Shown: piece after piece, positions 14,401-29,679 of the stretch
Numbering within the stretch: position 1 is the first letter of the stretch
Layout: every line of letters starts with the position of its first letter
Assembly (NCBI GenBank): GCA_964016885.1
Contig: OZ024744.1
Coordinates: 119,102,001 to 119,166,000, forward strand
DNA length: 64,000 bases
Direction of reading: 5' to 3'
From: Eledone cirrhosa
Lineage: Eukaryota
Notes under the pieces: generated by a model
Seen by the model: the letters and a program-made list of their open reading frames with translations, nothing else
Databases searched by the model: none
What the model was told of the DNA's origin: nothing
Made by a program: the position numbers and the translations under genes

Positions 14401-17400
14401 CTGACTTGCTGTTACTAACATTATTACTGTAACAATTGACTTGGTGTTACTAACATTATTACTGTAACAACTGACTAATGTTACTAACATTATTACTGTA
14501 ACAACTGACTAATGGTACTAACATTATTACGGTAACAACTGACTTGGTGTTACTAACGTTATTACTGTAACAACTGACTTGGTGTTACTAACATTATTAC
14601 TGTAACAACTGACTTGGTGTTACTAACATTATTACTGTAACAACTGACTTGGTGTTACTAACATTATTACTGTAACAACTGACTTGGTGTTACTAACATT
14701 ATTACTGTAACCACTGACTAATGTTACTAACATTATTATTGTAACAACTGACTTGGTGTTACTAACATTATTACTGTAACAACTGACTTGGTGTTACTAA
14801 CATTATTACTGTAACAACTGACTTGGTGTTACTAACATTATTACTGTAACAACTGACTTGCTGTTACTAACATTATTACTGTAACAACTGACTTGGTGTT
14901 ACTAACATGATTACTGTAACAACTGACTAATGTTACTAACATTATTACTGTAACAACTGACTTGGTGTTACTAACATTATTACTGTAACAACTGACTAAT
15001 GTTACTAACATTATTACTGTAACAACTGACTTGGTGTTACTAACATTATTACTGTAACTACTAACTAATGTTACTAACATTATTACTGTAACAACTGACT
15101 TGGTGTTACTAACATTATTACTGTAACAACTGACTTGGTGTTACTAACATTATTACTGTAACAACTGACTAATGTTACTAACATTATTACTGTAACAACT
15201 GACTTGGTGTTACTAACATTATTACTGTAACAACTGACTTGGTGTTACTAACATTATTACTGTAACAACTGACTAATGTTACTAACATTATTACTGTAAC
15301 AACTGACTTAGTGTTACTAACATTATTACTGTAACAATTGACTTGGTGTTACTAACATTATTACTGTAACAACTGACTTGGTGTTACTAACATTATTACT
15401 GTAACAACTGACTAATGTTACTGACGTTATTACTGTAACCACTGACTTGGTGTTACTAACATTATTACTGTAACAACTGACTAATGTTACTAACATTATT
15501 ACTGTAACAACTGACTAATGTTACTAACATTATTACTGTAACAACTGACTTGGTGTTACTAACATTATTACTGTAACAACTGACTAATGGTACTAACATT
15601 ATTACTGTAACAACTGACTTGGTGTTACTAACATTATTACTGTAACAACTGACTTGGTGTTACTTACATTATTACTGTAACAACTGACTTGGTGTTACTA
15701 ACATTATTACTGTAACAACTGGCTAATGTTTCCTACATTATTACTGTAATAATTGACTTGGTGTTACTAACATTATTACTGTAACAACTGACTAATGTTA
15801 CTAACATTATTACTGTAACAACTGACTTGGTGTTACTAACATTATTACTGTAACAACTGACTAATGTTACTAACATTATTACTGTAACAACTGACTAATG
15901 TTACTAACATTATTACTGTAACACCTGACTTGGTGTTACTAACATTATTACTGTAACAACTGACTTGCTGTTACTAACATTATTACTGTAACAACTGACT
16001 TGGTGTTACTAACATTATTACTGTAACAACTGACTAATGTTACTAACATTATTACTGTAACAACTGACTAATGTTACTAACATTATTACTGTAACAACTG
16101 ACTTGCTGTTACTAACATTATTACTGTAACAACTGACTTGCTGTTACTAACATTATTACTGTAACAACTCACTTGGTGTTACTAACATTATTACTGTAAC
16201 AACTGACTTGCTGTTACTAACATTATTACTGTAACAATTGACTTGGTGTTACTAACATTATTACTGTAACAACTGACTAATGTTACTAACATTATTACTG
16301 TAACAACTGACTAATGGTACTAACATTATTACGGTAACAACTGACTTGGTGTTACTAACGTTATTACTGTAACAACTGACTTGGTGTTACTAACATTATT
16401 ACTGTAACAACTGACTTGGTGTTACTAACATTATTACTGTAACAACTGACTTGGTGTTACTAACATTATTACTGTAACAACTGACTTGGTGTTACTAACA
16501 TTATTACTGTAACCACTGACTAATGTTACTAACATTATTATTGTAACAACTGACTTGGTGTTACTAACATTATTACTGTAACAACTGACTTGGTGTTACT
16601 AACATTATTACTGTAACAACTGACTTGGTGTTACTAACATTATTACTGTAACAACTGACTTGCTGTTACTAACATTATTACTGTAACAACTGACTTGGTG
16701 TTACTAACATGATTACTGTAACAACTGACTAATGTTACTAACATTATTACTGTAACAACTGACTAATGGTACTAACATTATTACTGTAACAACTGACTTG
16801 GTGTCACTAACATTATTACTGTAACAACTGACTTGGTGTTACTAACATTATTAGTGTAACAACTGACTAATGTTACTAACATTATTACTGTAACAACTGA
16901 CTAATGTTACTAACATTATTACTGTAACACCTGACTTGGTGTTACTAACATTATTACTGTAACAACTGACTTGGTGTTACTAACATTATTACTGTAACAA
17001 CTGACTTGGTGTTACTAACATTATTACTGTAACAATTGACTAATGTTACTAGCATTATTACTGTAACAACTGACTAATGTTACTAACATTATTACTGTAA
17101 CAACTGACTAATGTTACTAACATTTTTACTGTAACAAATGACTAATGTTACTAACATTATTACTGTAACAACTGACTTGGTGTTACTAACATTATTACTG
17201 TAACAACTGACTAATGTTACTAACATTATTACTGTAACAACTGACTTGGTGTTACTAACATTATTACTGTAACTACTAACTAATGTTACTAACATTATTA
17301 CTGTAACAACTGACTTGGTGTTACTAACATTATTACTGTAACAACTGACTTGGTGTTACTAACATTATTACTGTAACAACTGACTAATGTTACTAACATT

Positions 17401-19600
17401 ATTACTGTAACAACTGACTTGGTGTTACTAACATTATTACTGTAACAACTGACTTGGTGTTACTAACATTATTACTGTAACAACTGACTAATGTTACTAA
17501 CATTATTACTGTAACAACTGACTTAGTGTTACTAACATTATTACTGTAACAACTGACTTGGTGTTACTAACATTATTACTGTAACAACTGACTAATGTTA
17601 CTGACGTTATTACTGTAACCACTGACTTGGTGTTACTAACATTATTACTGTAACAACTGACTAATGTTACTAACATTATTACTGTAACAACTGACTAATG
17701 TTACTAACATTATTACTGTAACAACTGACTTGGTGTTACTAACATTATTACTGTAACAACTGACTAATGGTACTAACATTATTACTGTAACAACTGACTT
17801 GGTGTTACTAACATTTTTACTGTAACAACTGACTTGGTGTTACTTACATTATTACTGTAACAACTGACTTGGTGTTACTAACATTATTACTGTAACAACT
17901 GACTAATGTTTCCTACATTATTACTGTAACAATTGACTTGGTGTTACTAACATTATTACTGTAACAACTGACTAATGTTACTAACATTATTACTGTAACA
18001 ACTGACTTGGTGTTACTAACATTATTACTGTAACAACTGACTAATGTTACTAACATTATTACTGTAACAACTGACTAATGTTACTAACATTATTACTGTA
18101 ACACCTGACTTGGTGTTACTAACATTATTACTGTAACAACTGACTTGCTGTTACTAACATTATTACTGTAACAACTGACTTGGTGTTACTAACATTATTA
18201 CTGTAACAACTGACTAATGTTACTAACATTATTACTGTAACAACTGACTAATGTTACTAACATTATTACTGTAACAACTGACTTGCATTTACTAACATTA
18301 TTACTGTAACAACTGACTTGCTGTTACTAACATTATTACTGTAACAACTGACTTGGTGTTACTAACATTATTACTGTAACAACTGACTTGCTGTTACTAA
18401 CATTATTACTGTAACAATTGACTTGGTGTTACTAACATTATTACTGTAACAACTGACTAATGTTACTAACATTATTACTGTAACAACTGACTAATGGTAC
18501 TAACATTATTACGGTAACAACTGACTTGGTGTTACTAACGTTATTACTGTAACAACTGACTTGGTGTTACTAACATTATTACTGTAACAACTGACTTGGT
18601 GTTACTAACATTATTACTGTAACAACTGACTTGGTGTTACTAACATTATTACTGTAACAACTGACTTGGTGTTACTAACATTATTACTGTAACCACTGAC
18701 TAATGTTACTAACATTATTATTGTAACAACTGACTTGGTGTTACTAACATTATTACTGTAACAACTGACTTGGTGTTACTAACATTATTACTGTAACAAC
18801 TGACTTGGTGTTACTAACATTATTACTGTAACAACTGACTTGCTGTTACTAACATTATTACTGTAACAACTGACTTGGTGTTACTAACATGATTACTGTA
18901 ACAACTGACTAATGTTACTAACATTATTACTGTAACAACTGACTAATGGTACTAACATTATTACTGTAACAACTGACTTGGTGTCACTAACATTATTACT
19001 GTAACAACTGACTTGGTGTTACTAACATTATTAGTGTAACAACTGACTAATGTTACTAACATTATTACTGTAACAACTGACTAATGTTACTAACATTATT
19101 ACTGTAACACCTGACTTGGTGTTACTAACATTATTACTGTAACAACTGACTTGGTGTTACTAACATTATTACTGTAACAATTGACTAATGTTACTAACAT
19201 TATTACTGTAACAACTGACTAATGTTACTAACATTATTACTGTAACAACTGACTTGGTGTTACTAACATTATTACTGTAACAACTGACTTGGTGTTACTA
19301 ACATTATTACTGTAACAACTGACTAATGTTACTAACATTATTACTGTAACAACTGACTTGGTGTTACTAACATTATTACTGTAACAATTGACTTGGTGTT
19401 ACTAACATTATTACTGTAACAATTGACTAATGTTACTAACATTATTACTGTAACAACTGACTTGGTGTTACTAACATTATTACTGTAACAACTGACTTGG
19501 TGTTACTAACATTATTACTGTAACTACTAACTAATGTTACTAACATTATTACTGTAACAACTGACTTGGTGTTACTAACATTATTACTGTAACAACTGAC
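5460..19600. repeat. Zone of about 1.8-2.2 kb higher-order repeats (periods 2215, 1798, 1802 bp)
   Basis: The TTAGTG variant occurs at 5961, 8176, 9974, 13506, 15308 and 17523, each followed by the CTGACGTT..AACCAC variant. Offsets match the ORF-track offsets (5530/7745/9543; 13039/14841). AACAACTCAC occurs at 14361/16163. Confidence 0.85.
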
Positions 19601-20559
19601 TTGGTGTTACTAACATTATTACTGTAACAACTGACTTGGTGTTACTAACATTATTACTGTAACAACTGACTTGGTGTTCCTAACATTATTACTGTAACAA
19701 CTGACTTGGTGTTACTAACATTATTGCTGTAACAACTGACTTGGTGTTACTAACATTATTACTGTAACTACTAACTAATGTTACTAACATTATTACTGTA
19801 ACAACTGACTTGGTGTTACTAACATTATTACTGTAACAATTGACTTGGTGTTACTAACATTATTACTGTAACAACTGACTAATGTTACTAACATTATTAC
19901 TGTAACAACTGACTAATGGTACTAACATTATTACTGTAACAACTGACTTGGTGTTACTAACGTTATTACTGTAACAACTGACTTGGTGTTACTAACATTA
20001 TTACTGTAACAACTGACTTGGTGTTACTAACATTATTACTGTAACAACTGACTTGGTGTTACTAACATTATTATTGTAACAACTGACTTGGTGTTACTAA
20101 CATTATTGCTGTAACAACTGACTTGGTGTTATTAACATTATTACTGTAACTACTGACTTGGTGTTACTAACATTATTAGTGTAACACCTGACTTGGTGTT
20201 ACTAACATTATTACTGTAACAACTGACTTGCTGTTACTAACATTATTACTGTAACAACTGACTTGGTGTTACTAACATTATTACTGTAACAACTGACTAA
20301 TGTTACTAACATTATTACTGTAACAACTGACTAATGTTACTAACATTATTACTGTAACAACTGACTTGCTGTTACTAACATTATTACTGTAACAACTGAC
20401 TTGCTGTTACTAACATTATTACTGTAACAACTGACTTGGTGTTAATAACATTATTACTGTAACAACTGACTTGGTGTTACTAACATTATTACTGTAACAA
20501 CTGACTAATGTTACTAACATTATTACTGTAACAACTGACTTGGTGTTACTAACATTATT

Positions 20560-23500
20560 ACTGTAACAACTGACTTGGTGTTACTAACATTATTACTGTA
20601 ACAACTGACTTGCTGTTACTAACATTATTACTGTAACAATTGACTTGGTGTTACTAACATTATTACTGTAACAACTGACTAATGTTACTAACATTATTAC
20701 TGTAACAACTGACTTTGTGTTACTAACATTATTACTGTTACAACTGACTTGGTGTTACTAACATTATTACTGTAACAACTGACTAATGCTACTAACATTA
20801 TTACTGTAACCACTAACTAATGTTACTAATATTATTACTGTAACAACTGACTTGGTGTTACTAACATTATTACTGTAACAACTGACTTGGTGTTACTAAC
20901 ATGATTACTGTAACAAGTGACTAATGTTACTAACATTATTACTGTAACAACTGACTAATGGTACTAACATTATTAATGTAACAACTGACTTGGTGTTACT
21001 AACATTATTAGTGTAACAACTGACTAATGTTACTAACATTATTACTGTAACAACTGACTAATGTTACAAACATTATTACTGTAACAACTGACTAATGTTA
21101 CTAACATCATTACTGTAACATATGACTAATGTTACTAACATTATTACTCTAACAACTGACTAATGTTACTAACATTATTACTGTAACAACTGACTAATGT
21201 TACTAACATTATTACTGTAACAACTGACTTGGTGTTACTAACATTATTACTGTAACTACTGACTTGGTGTTACTAACATTACTACTGTAACAACTGACTT
21301 GGTGTTACTAACATTATTACTGTAACAACTGACTAATGTTACTAACATTATTACTGTTACAACTGACTTGGTGTTACTAACATTATTACTGTAACAACTG
21401 ACTTGGTGTTACTAACATTATTACTGTAACAACTGACTAATGTTACTAACATTATTACTGTAACAACTGACTTGGTGTTACTAACATTATTACTGTAACA
21501 ATTGACTTGGTGTTACTAACATTATTACTGTAACAACTGACTTGGTGTTACTAACATTATTACTGTAACAACTGACTTGGTATTACTAACATTATTACTG
21601 TAACAACTGACTAATGTTACTAACATTATTACTGTAACAACTGACTTGGTGTTACTAACATTATTACTGTAACAACTGACTTGGTGTTACTAACATTATT
21701 ACTGTAACAACTGACTAATGTTACTAACATTATTACTGTAACAACTGACTAATGGTACTAACATTATTACTGTAACAACTGACTTGGTGTCACTAACATT
21801 ATTACTGTAACAACTGACTTGGTGTTACTAACATTTTTACTGTAACAACTGACTAATGTTACTAACATTATTACTGTAACAACTGACTAATGTTACTAAC
21901 ATTATTACTGTAACAACTGACTAATGTTACTAACATTATTACTGTAACAAATGACTAATGTTACTAACATTATTACTGTAACAACTGACTAATGTTACTA
22001 ACATTATTACTGTAACAACTGACTAATGTTACTAACATTATTACTGTAACAACTGACTTGGTGTTACTAACATTATTACTGTAACAACTGACTAATGTTA
22101 CTACCATTATTACTGTAACAACTGACTAATGTTACTAACATTATTACTGTAACAACTGACTTGGTGTTACTAACATTATTACTGTAACAACTGACTTGCT
22201 GTTACTAACATTATTACTGTAACAATTGACTTGGTGTTACTAACATTATTACTGTAACAACTGACTAATGTTACTAACATTATTACTGTAACAACTGACT
22301 TTGTGTTACTAACATTATTACTGTTACAACTGACTTGGTGTTACTAACATTATTACTGTAACAACTGACTAATGCTACTAACATTATTACTGTAACCACT
22401 AACTAATGTTACTAATATTATTACTGTAACAACTGACTTGGTGTTACTAACATTATTACTGTAACAACTGACTTGGTGTTACTAACATGATTACTGTAAC
22501 AAGTGACTAATGTTACTAACATTATTACTGTAACAACTGACTAATGGTACTAACATTATTAATGTAACAACTGACTTGGTGTTACTAACATTATTAGTGT
22601 AACAACTGACTAATGTTACTAACATTATTACTGTAACAACTGACTAATGTTACAAACATTATTACTGTAACAACTGACTAATGTTACTAACATCATTACT
22701 GTAACATATGACTAATGTTACTAACATTATTACTCTAACAACTGACTAATGTTACTAACATTATTACTGTAACAACTGACTAATGTTACTAACATTATTA
22801 CTGTAACAACTGACTTGGTGTTACTAACATTATTACTGTAACTACTGACTTGGTGTTACTAACATTACTACTGTAACAACTGACTTGGTGTTACTAACAT
22901 TATTACTGTAACAACTGACTAATGTTACTAACATTATTACTGTTACAACTGACTTGGTGTTACTAACATTATTACTGTAACAACTGACTTGGTGTTACTA
23001 ACATTATTACTGTAACAACTGACTAATGTTACTAACATTATTACTGTAACAACTGACTTGGTGTTACTAACATTATTACTGTAACAATTGACTTGGTGTT
23101 ACTAACATTATTACTGTAACAACTGACTTGGTGTTACTAACATTATTACTGTAACAACTGACTTGGTATTACTAACATTATTACTGTAACAACTGACTAA
23201 TGTTACTAACATTATTACTGTAACAACTGACTTGGTGTTACTAACATTATTACTGTAACAACTGACTTGGTGTTACTAACATTATTACTGTAACAACTGA
23301 CTAATGTTACTAACATTATTACTGTAACAACTGACTAATGGTACTAACATTATTACTGTAACAACTGACTTGGTGTCACTAACATTATTACTGTAACAAC
23401 TGACTTGGTGTTACTAACATTTTTACTGTAACAACTGACTAATGTTACTAACATTATTACTGTAACAACTGACTAATGTTACTAACATTATTACTGTAAC

Positions 23501-23740
23501 AACTGACTAATGTTACTAACATTATTACTGTAACAAATGACTAATGTTACTAACATTATTACTGTAACAACTGACTAATGTTACTAACATTATTACTGTA
23601 ACAACTGACTAATGTTACTAACATTATTACTGTAACAACTGACTTGGTGTTACTAACATTATTACTGTAACAACTGACTAATGTTACTACCATTATTACT
23701 GTAACAACTGACTAATGTTACTAACATTATTACTGTAACA
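20560..23740. repeat. Higher-order tandem duplication, 1586 bp x2
   Basis: GACTTTGTG 20711/22297, TATGAC 21121/22707 and CTACCATT 22101/23687 are all offset by 1586. Confidence 0.85.
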
Positions 23741-26700
23741 ACTGACTGGGTGTTACTAACATTATTATTGTAACTACTAACTAATGTTACTAACATTATT
23801 ACTGTAACAACTGACTTGGTGTTACTAACATTATTACTGTAAAAACTGACTTGGTGTTACTAACATTATTACTGTAACAACTGACTTGGTGTTACTAATA
23901 TTATTACTGTAACAACTGACTTGGTGTTACTAACATTATTACTGTAACAACTGACTAAAGTTACTAACATTATTACTGTAACAACTGACTTGGTGTTACT
24001 AACATTATTACTGTAACAACTGACTTGGTGTTACTAACATTATTACTGTAACAACTGACTAATGTTACTAACATTATTACTGTAACAACTCACTTGGTGT
24101 TACTAACATTATTACTGTAACAACTGACTTGGTGTTACTTACATTATTACTGTAACAACTGACTTGGTGTTACTAACATTATTACTGTAACAACTGACTA
24201 ATGTTTCCTACATTATTACTGTAACAATTGACTTGGTGTTACTAACATTATTACTGTAACAACTGACTAATGTTACTAACATTATTACTGTAACAACTGA
24301 CTTGGTGTTACTTACATTATTACTGTAACAACTGACTTGGTGTTACTAACATTATTACTGTAACAACTGACTAATGTTTCCTACATTATTACTGTAACAA
24401 TTGACTTGGTGTTACTAACATTATTACTGTAACAACTGACTAATGTTACTAACATTATTACTGTAACAACTGACTAATGTTACTAACATTATTACTGTAA
24501 CAACTGACTTGCTGTTACTAACATTATTACTGTAACAACTGACTTGCTGTTACTAACATTATTACTGTAACAACTGACTTGATGTTACTAACATTATTAC
24601 TGTAACAATTGACTTGGTGTTACTGACATTATTACTGTAACAACTGACTTGGTGTTACTAACATTATTACTGTAACAACTGACTAATGTTACTAACATTA
24701 TTACTGTAACAACTGACTAATGTTACTAACATAATTACTGTAACAACTGACTTGCTGTTACTAACATTATTACTGTAACAACTGACTTGCTGTTACTAAC
24801 ATTATTACTGTAACAATTGACTTGGTGTTACTAACATTATTACTGTAACAACTGACTTGGTGTTACTAACATTATTACTGTAACAACTGACTAATGTTAC
24901 TAACATTATTACTGTAACAACTGACTAATGTTACTAACATTATTACTGTAACAACTGACTTGATGTTACCAACATTATTACTGTAACAACTGACTTGCTG
25001 TTACTAACATTATTACTGTAACAACTGACTTGGTGTTACTAACATTATTACTGTAACAGCTGACTAATGTTACTAACATTATTATTGTAACAACTGACTA
25101 ATGTTACTAACATTATTACTGTAACAACTGACTTGGTGTTACTAACATTATTACTGTAACAACTGACTTGGTGTTACTAACATTATTACTGTAACAACTG
25201 ACTTGGTGTTACTAACATTATTACTGTAACAACTGACTTGGTGTTACTAACATTATTACTGTAACAACTGACTTGGTGTTACTAACATTATTACTGTAAC
25301 AACTGACTTGGTGTTACTAACATTATTACTGTAACAACTGACTAATGTTACTAACATTATTACTGTAACAACTGACTTGGTGTTACTAACATTATTACTG
25401 TAACAATTGACTTGGTGTTACTAACATTATTACTGTAACAATTGACTAATGTTACTAACATTATTACTGTAACAACTGACTTGGTGTTACTAACATTATT
25501 ACTGTAACAACTGACTTGGTGTTACTAACATTATTACTGTAACTACTAACTAATGTTACTAACATTATTACTGTAACAACTGACTTGGTGTTACTAACAT
25601 TATTACTGTAACAACTGACTTGGTGTTACTAACATTATTACTGTAACAACTGACTTGGTGTTACTAACATTATTACTGTAACAACTGACTTGGTGTTACT
25701 AACATTATTACTGTAACAACTGACTTGGTGTTACTAACATTATTGCTGTAACAACTGACTTGGTGTTACTAACATTATTACTGTAACTACTAACTAATGT
25801 TACTAACATTATTACTGTAACAACTGACTTGGTGTTACTAACATTATTACTGTAACAATTGACTTGGTGTTACTAACATTATTACTGTAACAACTGACTA
25901 ATGTTACTAACATTATTACTGTAACAACTGACTAATGGTACTAACATTATTACTGTAACAACTGACTTGGTGTTACTAACGTTATTACTGTAACAACTGA
26001 CTTGGTGTTACTAACATTATTACTGTAACAACTGACTTGGTGTTACTAACATTATTACTGTAACAACTGACTTGGTGTTACTAACATTATTACTGTAACA
26101 ACTGACTTGGTGTTACTAACATTATTGCTGTAACAACTGACTTGGTGTTATTAACATTATTACTGTAACAACTGACTTGGTGTTACTAACATTATTAGTG
26201 TAACACCTGACTTGGTGTTACTAACATTATTACTGTAACAACTGACTTGCTGTTACTAACATTATTACTGTAACAACTGACTTGGTGTTACTAACATTAT
26301 TACTGTAACAACTGACTAATGTTACTAACATTATTACTGTAACAACTGACTAATGTTACTAACATTATTACTGTAACAACTGACTTGCTGTTACTAACAT
26401 TATTACTGTAACAACTGACTTGCTGTTACTAACATTATTACTGTAACAACTGACTTGGTGTTACTAACATTATTACTGTAACAACTGACTTGGTGTTACT
26501 AACATTATTACTGTAACAACTGACTAATGTTACTAACATTATTACTGTAACAACTGACTAATGTTACTAACATTATTACTGTAACAACTGACTTGGTGTT
26601 ACTAACATTATTACTGTTACAACTGACTTGGTGTTACTAACATTATTACTGTAACAACTGACTAATGCTACTAACATTATTACTGTAACCACTGACTAAT

Positions 26701-29679
26701 GTTACTAATATTATTACTGTAACAACTGACTTGGTGTTACTAACATGATTACTGTAACAACTGACTAATGTTACTAACATTATTACTGTAACAACTGACT
26801 AATGGTACTAACATTATTAATGTAACAACTGACTTGGTTTTACTAACATTATTAGTGTAACAACTGACTAATGTTACTAACATTATTACTGTAACAACTG
26901 ACTAATGTCACAAACATTATTACTGTAACAACTGACTAATGTTACTAACATCATTACTGTAACATATGACTAATGTTACTAACATTATTACTCTAACAAC
27001 TGACTAATGTTACTAACTTTATTACTGTAACAACTGACTAATGTTACTAACATTATTACTGTAACAACTGACTTGGTGTTACTAACATTATTACTGTCAC
27101 TACTGACTTGGTGTTACTAACATTACTACTGTAACAACTGACTTGGTGTTACTAACATTATTACTGTAACAACTGACTAATGTTACTAACATTATTACTG
27201 TTACAACTGACTTGGTGTTACTAACATTATTACTGTAACAACTGACTTGGTGTTACTAACATTATTACTGTAACAACTGACTAATGTTACTAACATTATT
27301 ACTGTAACAACTGACTAATGTTACTAACATTATTACTGTAACAACTGACTTGGTGTTACTAACATTATTACTGTAACAACTGACTTGGTGTTACTAACAT
27401 TATTACTGTAACAACTGACTTGGTGTTACTAACATTATTACTGTAACAACTGACTTGGTGTTACTAACATTATTACTGTAACAACTGACTTGGTGTTACT
27501 AACATTATTACTGTAACAACTGACTTGGTGTTACTAACATTATTACTGTAACAACTGACTAATGTTACTAACATTATTACTGTAACAACTGACTTGGTGT
27601 TACTAACATTATTACTGTAACAATTGACTTGGTGTTACTAACATTATTACTGTAACAATTGACTAATGTTACTAACATTATTACTGTAACAACTGACTTG
27701 GTGTTACTAACATTATTACTGTAACAACTGACTTGGTGTTACTAACATTATTACTGTAACTACTAACTAATGTTACTAACATTATTACTGTAACAACTGA
27801 CTTGGTGTTACTAACATTATTACTGTAACAACTGACTTGGTGTTACTAACATTATTACTGTAACAACTGACTTGGTGTTACTAACATTATTACTGTAACA
27901 ACTGACTTGGTGTTACTAACATTATTACTGTAACAACTGACTTGGTGTTACTAACATTATTGCTGTAACAACTGACTTGGTGTTACTAACATTATTACTG
28001 TAACTACTAACTAATGTTACTAACATTATTACTGTAACAACTGACTTGGTGTTACTAACATTATTACTGTAACAATTGACTTGGTGTTACTAACATTATT
28101 ACTGTAACAACTGACTAATGTTACTAACATTATTACTGTAACAACTGACTAATGGTACTAACATTATTACTGTAACAACTGACTTGGTGTTACTAACGTT
28201 ATTACTGTAACAACTGACTTGGTGTTACTAACATTATTACTGTAACAACTGACTTGGTGTTACTAACATTATTACTGTAACAACTGACTTGGTGTTACTA
28301 ACATTATTACTGTAACAACTGACTTGGTGTTACTAACATTATTACTGTAACAACTGACTTGGTGTTACTAACATTATTGCTGTAACAACTGACTTGGTGT
28401 TACTAACATTATTACTGTAACTACTAACTAATGTTACTAACATTATTACTGTAACAACTGACTTGGTGTTACTAACATTATTACTGTAACAATTGACTAA
28501 TGTTACTAACATTATTACTGTAACAACTGACTAATGGTACTAACATTATTACTGTAACAACTGACTTGGTGTTACTAACGTTATTACTGTAACAACTGAC
28601 TTGGTGTTACTAACATTATTACTGTAACAACTGACTTGGTGTTACTAACATTTTACTGTAACAACTGACTTGGTGTTACTAACATTATTACTGTAACAAC
28701 TGACTTGGTGTTACTAACATTATTGCTGTAACAACTGACTTGGTGTTATTAACATTATTACTGTAACAACTGACTTGGTGTTACTAACATTATTAGTGTA
28801 ACACCTGACTTGGTGTTACTAACATTATTACTGTAACAACTGACTTGCTGTTACTAACATTATTACTGTAACAACTGACTTGGTGTTACTAACATTATTA
28901 CTGTAACAACTGACTAATGTTACTAACATTATTACTGTAACAACTGACTAATGTTACTAACATTATTACTGTAACAACTGACTTGCTGTTACTAACATTA
29001 TTACTGTAACAACTGACTTGCTGTTACTAACATTATTACTGTAACAACTGACTTGGTGTTACTAACATTATTACTGTAACAACTGACTTGGTGTTACTAG
29101 CATTATTACTGTAACAACTGACTAATGTTACTAACATTATTACTGTAACAACTGACTTGGTGTTACTAACATTATTACTGTAACAACTGACTTGGTGTTA
29201 CTAACATTATTACTGTAACAACTGACTTGCTGTTACTAACATTATTACTGTAACAATTGACTTGGTGTTACTAACATTATTACTGTAACAACTGACTAAT
29301 GTTACTAACATTATTACTGTAACAACTGACTTGGTGTTACTAACATTATTACTGTTACAACTGACTTGGTGTTACTAACATTATTACTGTAACAACTGAC
29401 TAATGCTACTAACATTATTACTGTAACCACTGACTAATGTTACTAATATTATTACTGTAACAACTGACTTGGTGTTACTAACATTATTACTGTAACAACT
29501 GACTTGGTGTTACTAACATGATTACTGTAACAACTGACTAATGTTACTAACATTATTACTGTAACAACTGACTAATGGTACTAACATTATTAATGTAACA
29601 ACTGACTTGGTGTTACTAACATTATTAGTGTAACAACTGACTAATGTTACTAACATTATTACTGTAACAACTGACTAAT

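Noticed and set aside
28640-28660. Unique 1-bp-deleted monomer as a meaningful variant
   Set aside because: It is a singleton, absent from the paralogous block near 38.7 kb, and creates a T homopolymer, so it could be a sequencing or consensus error.
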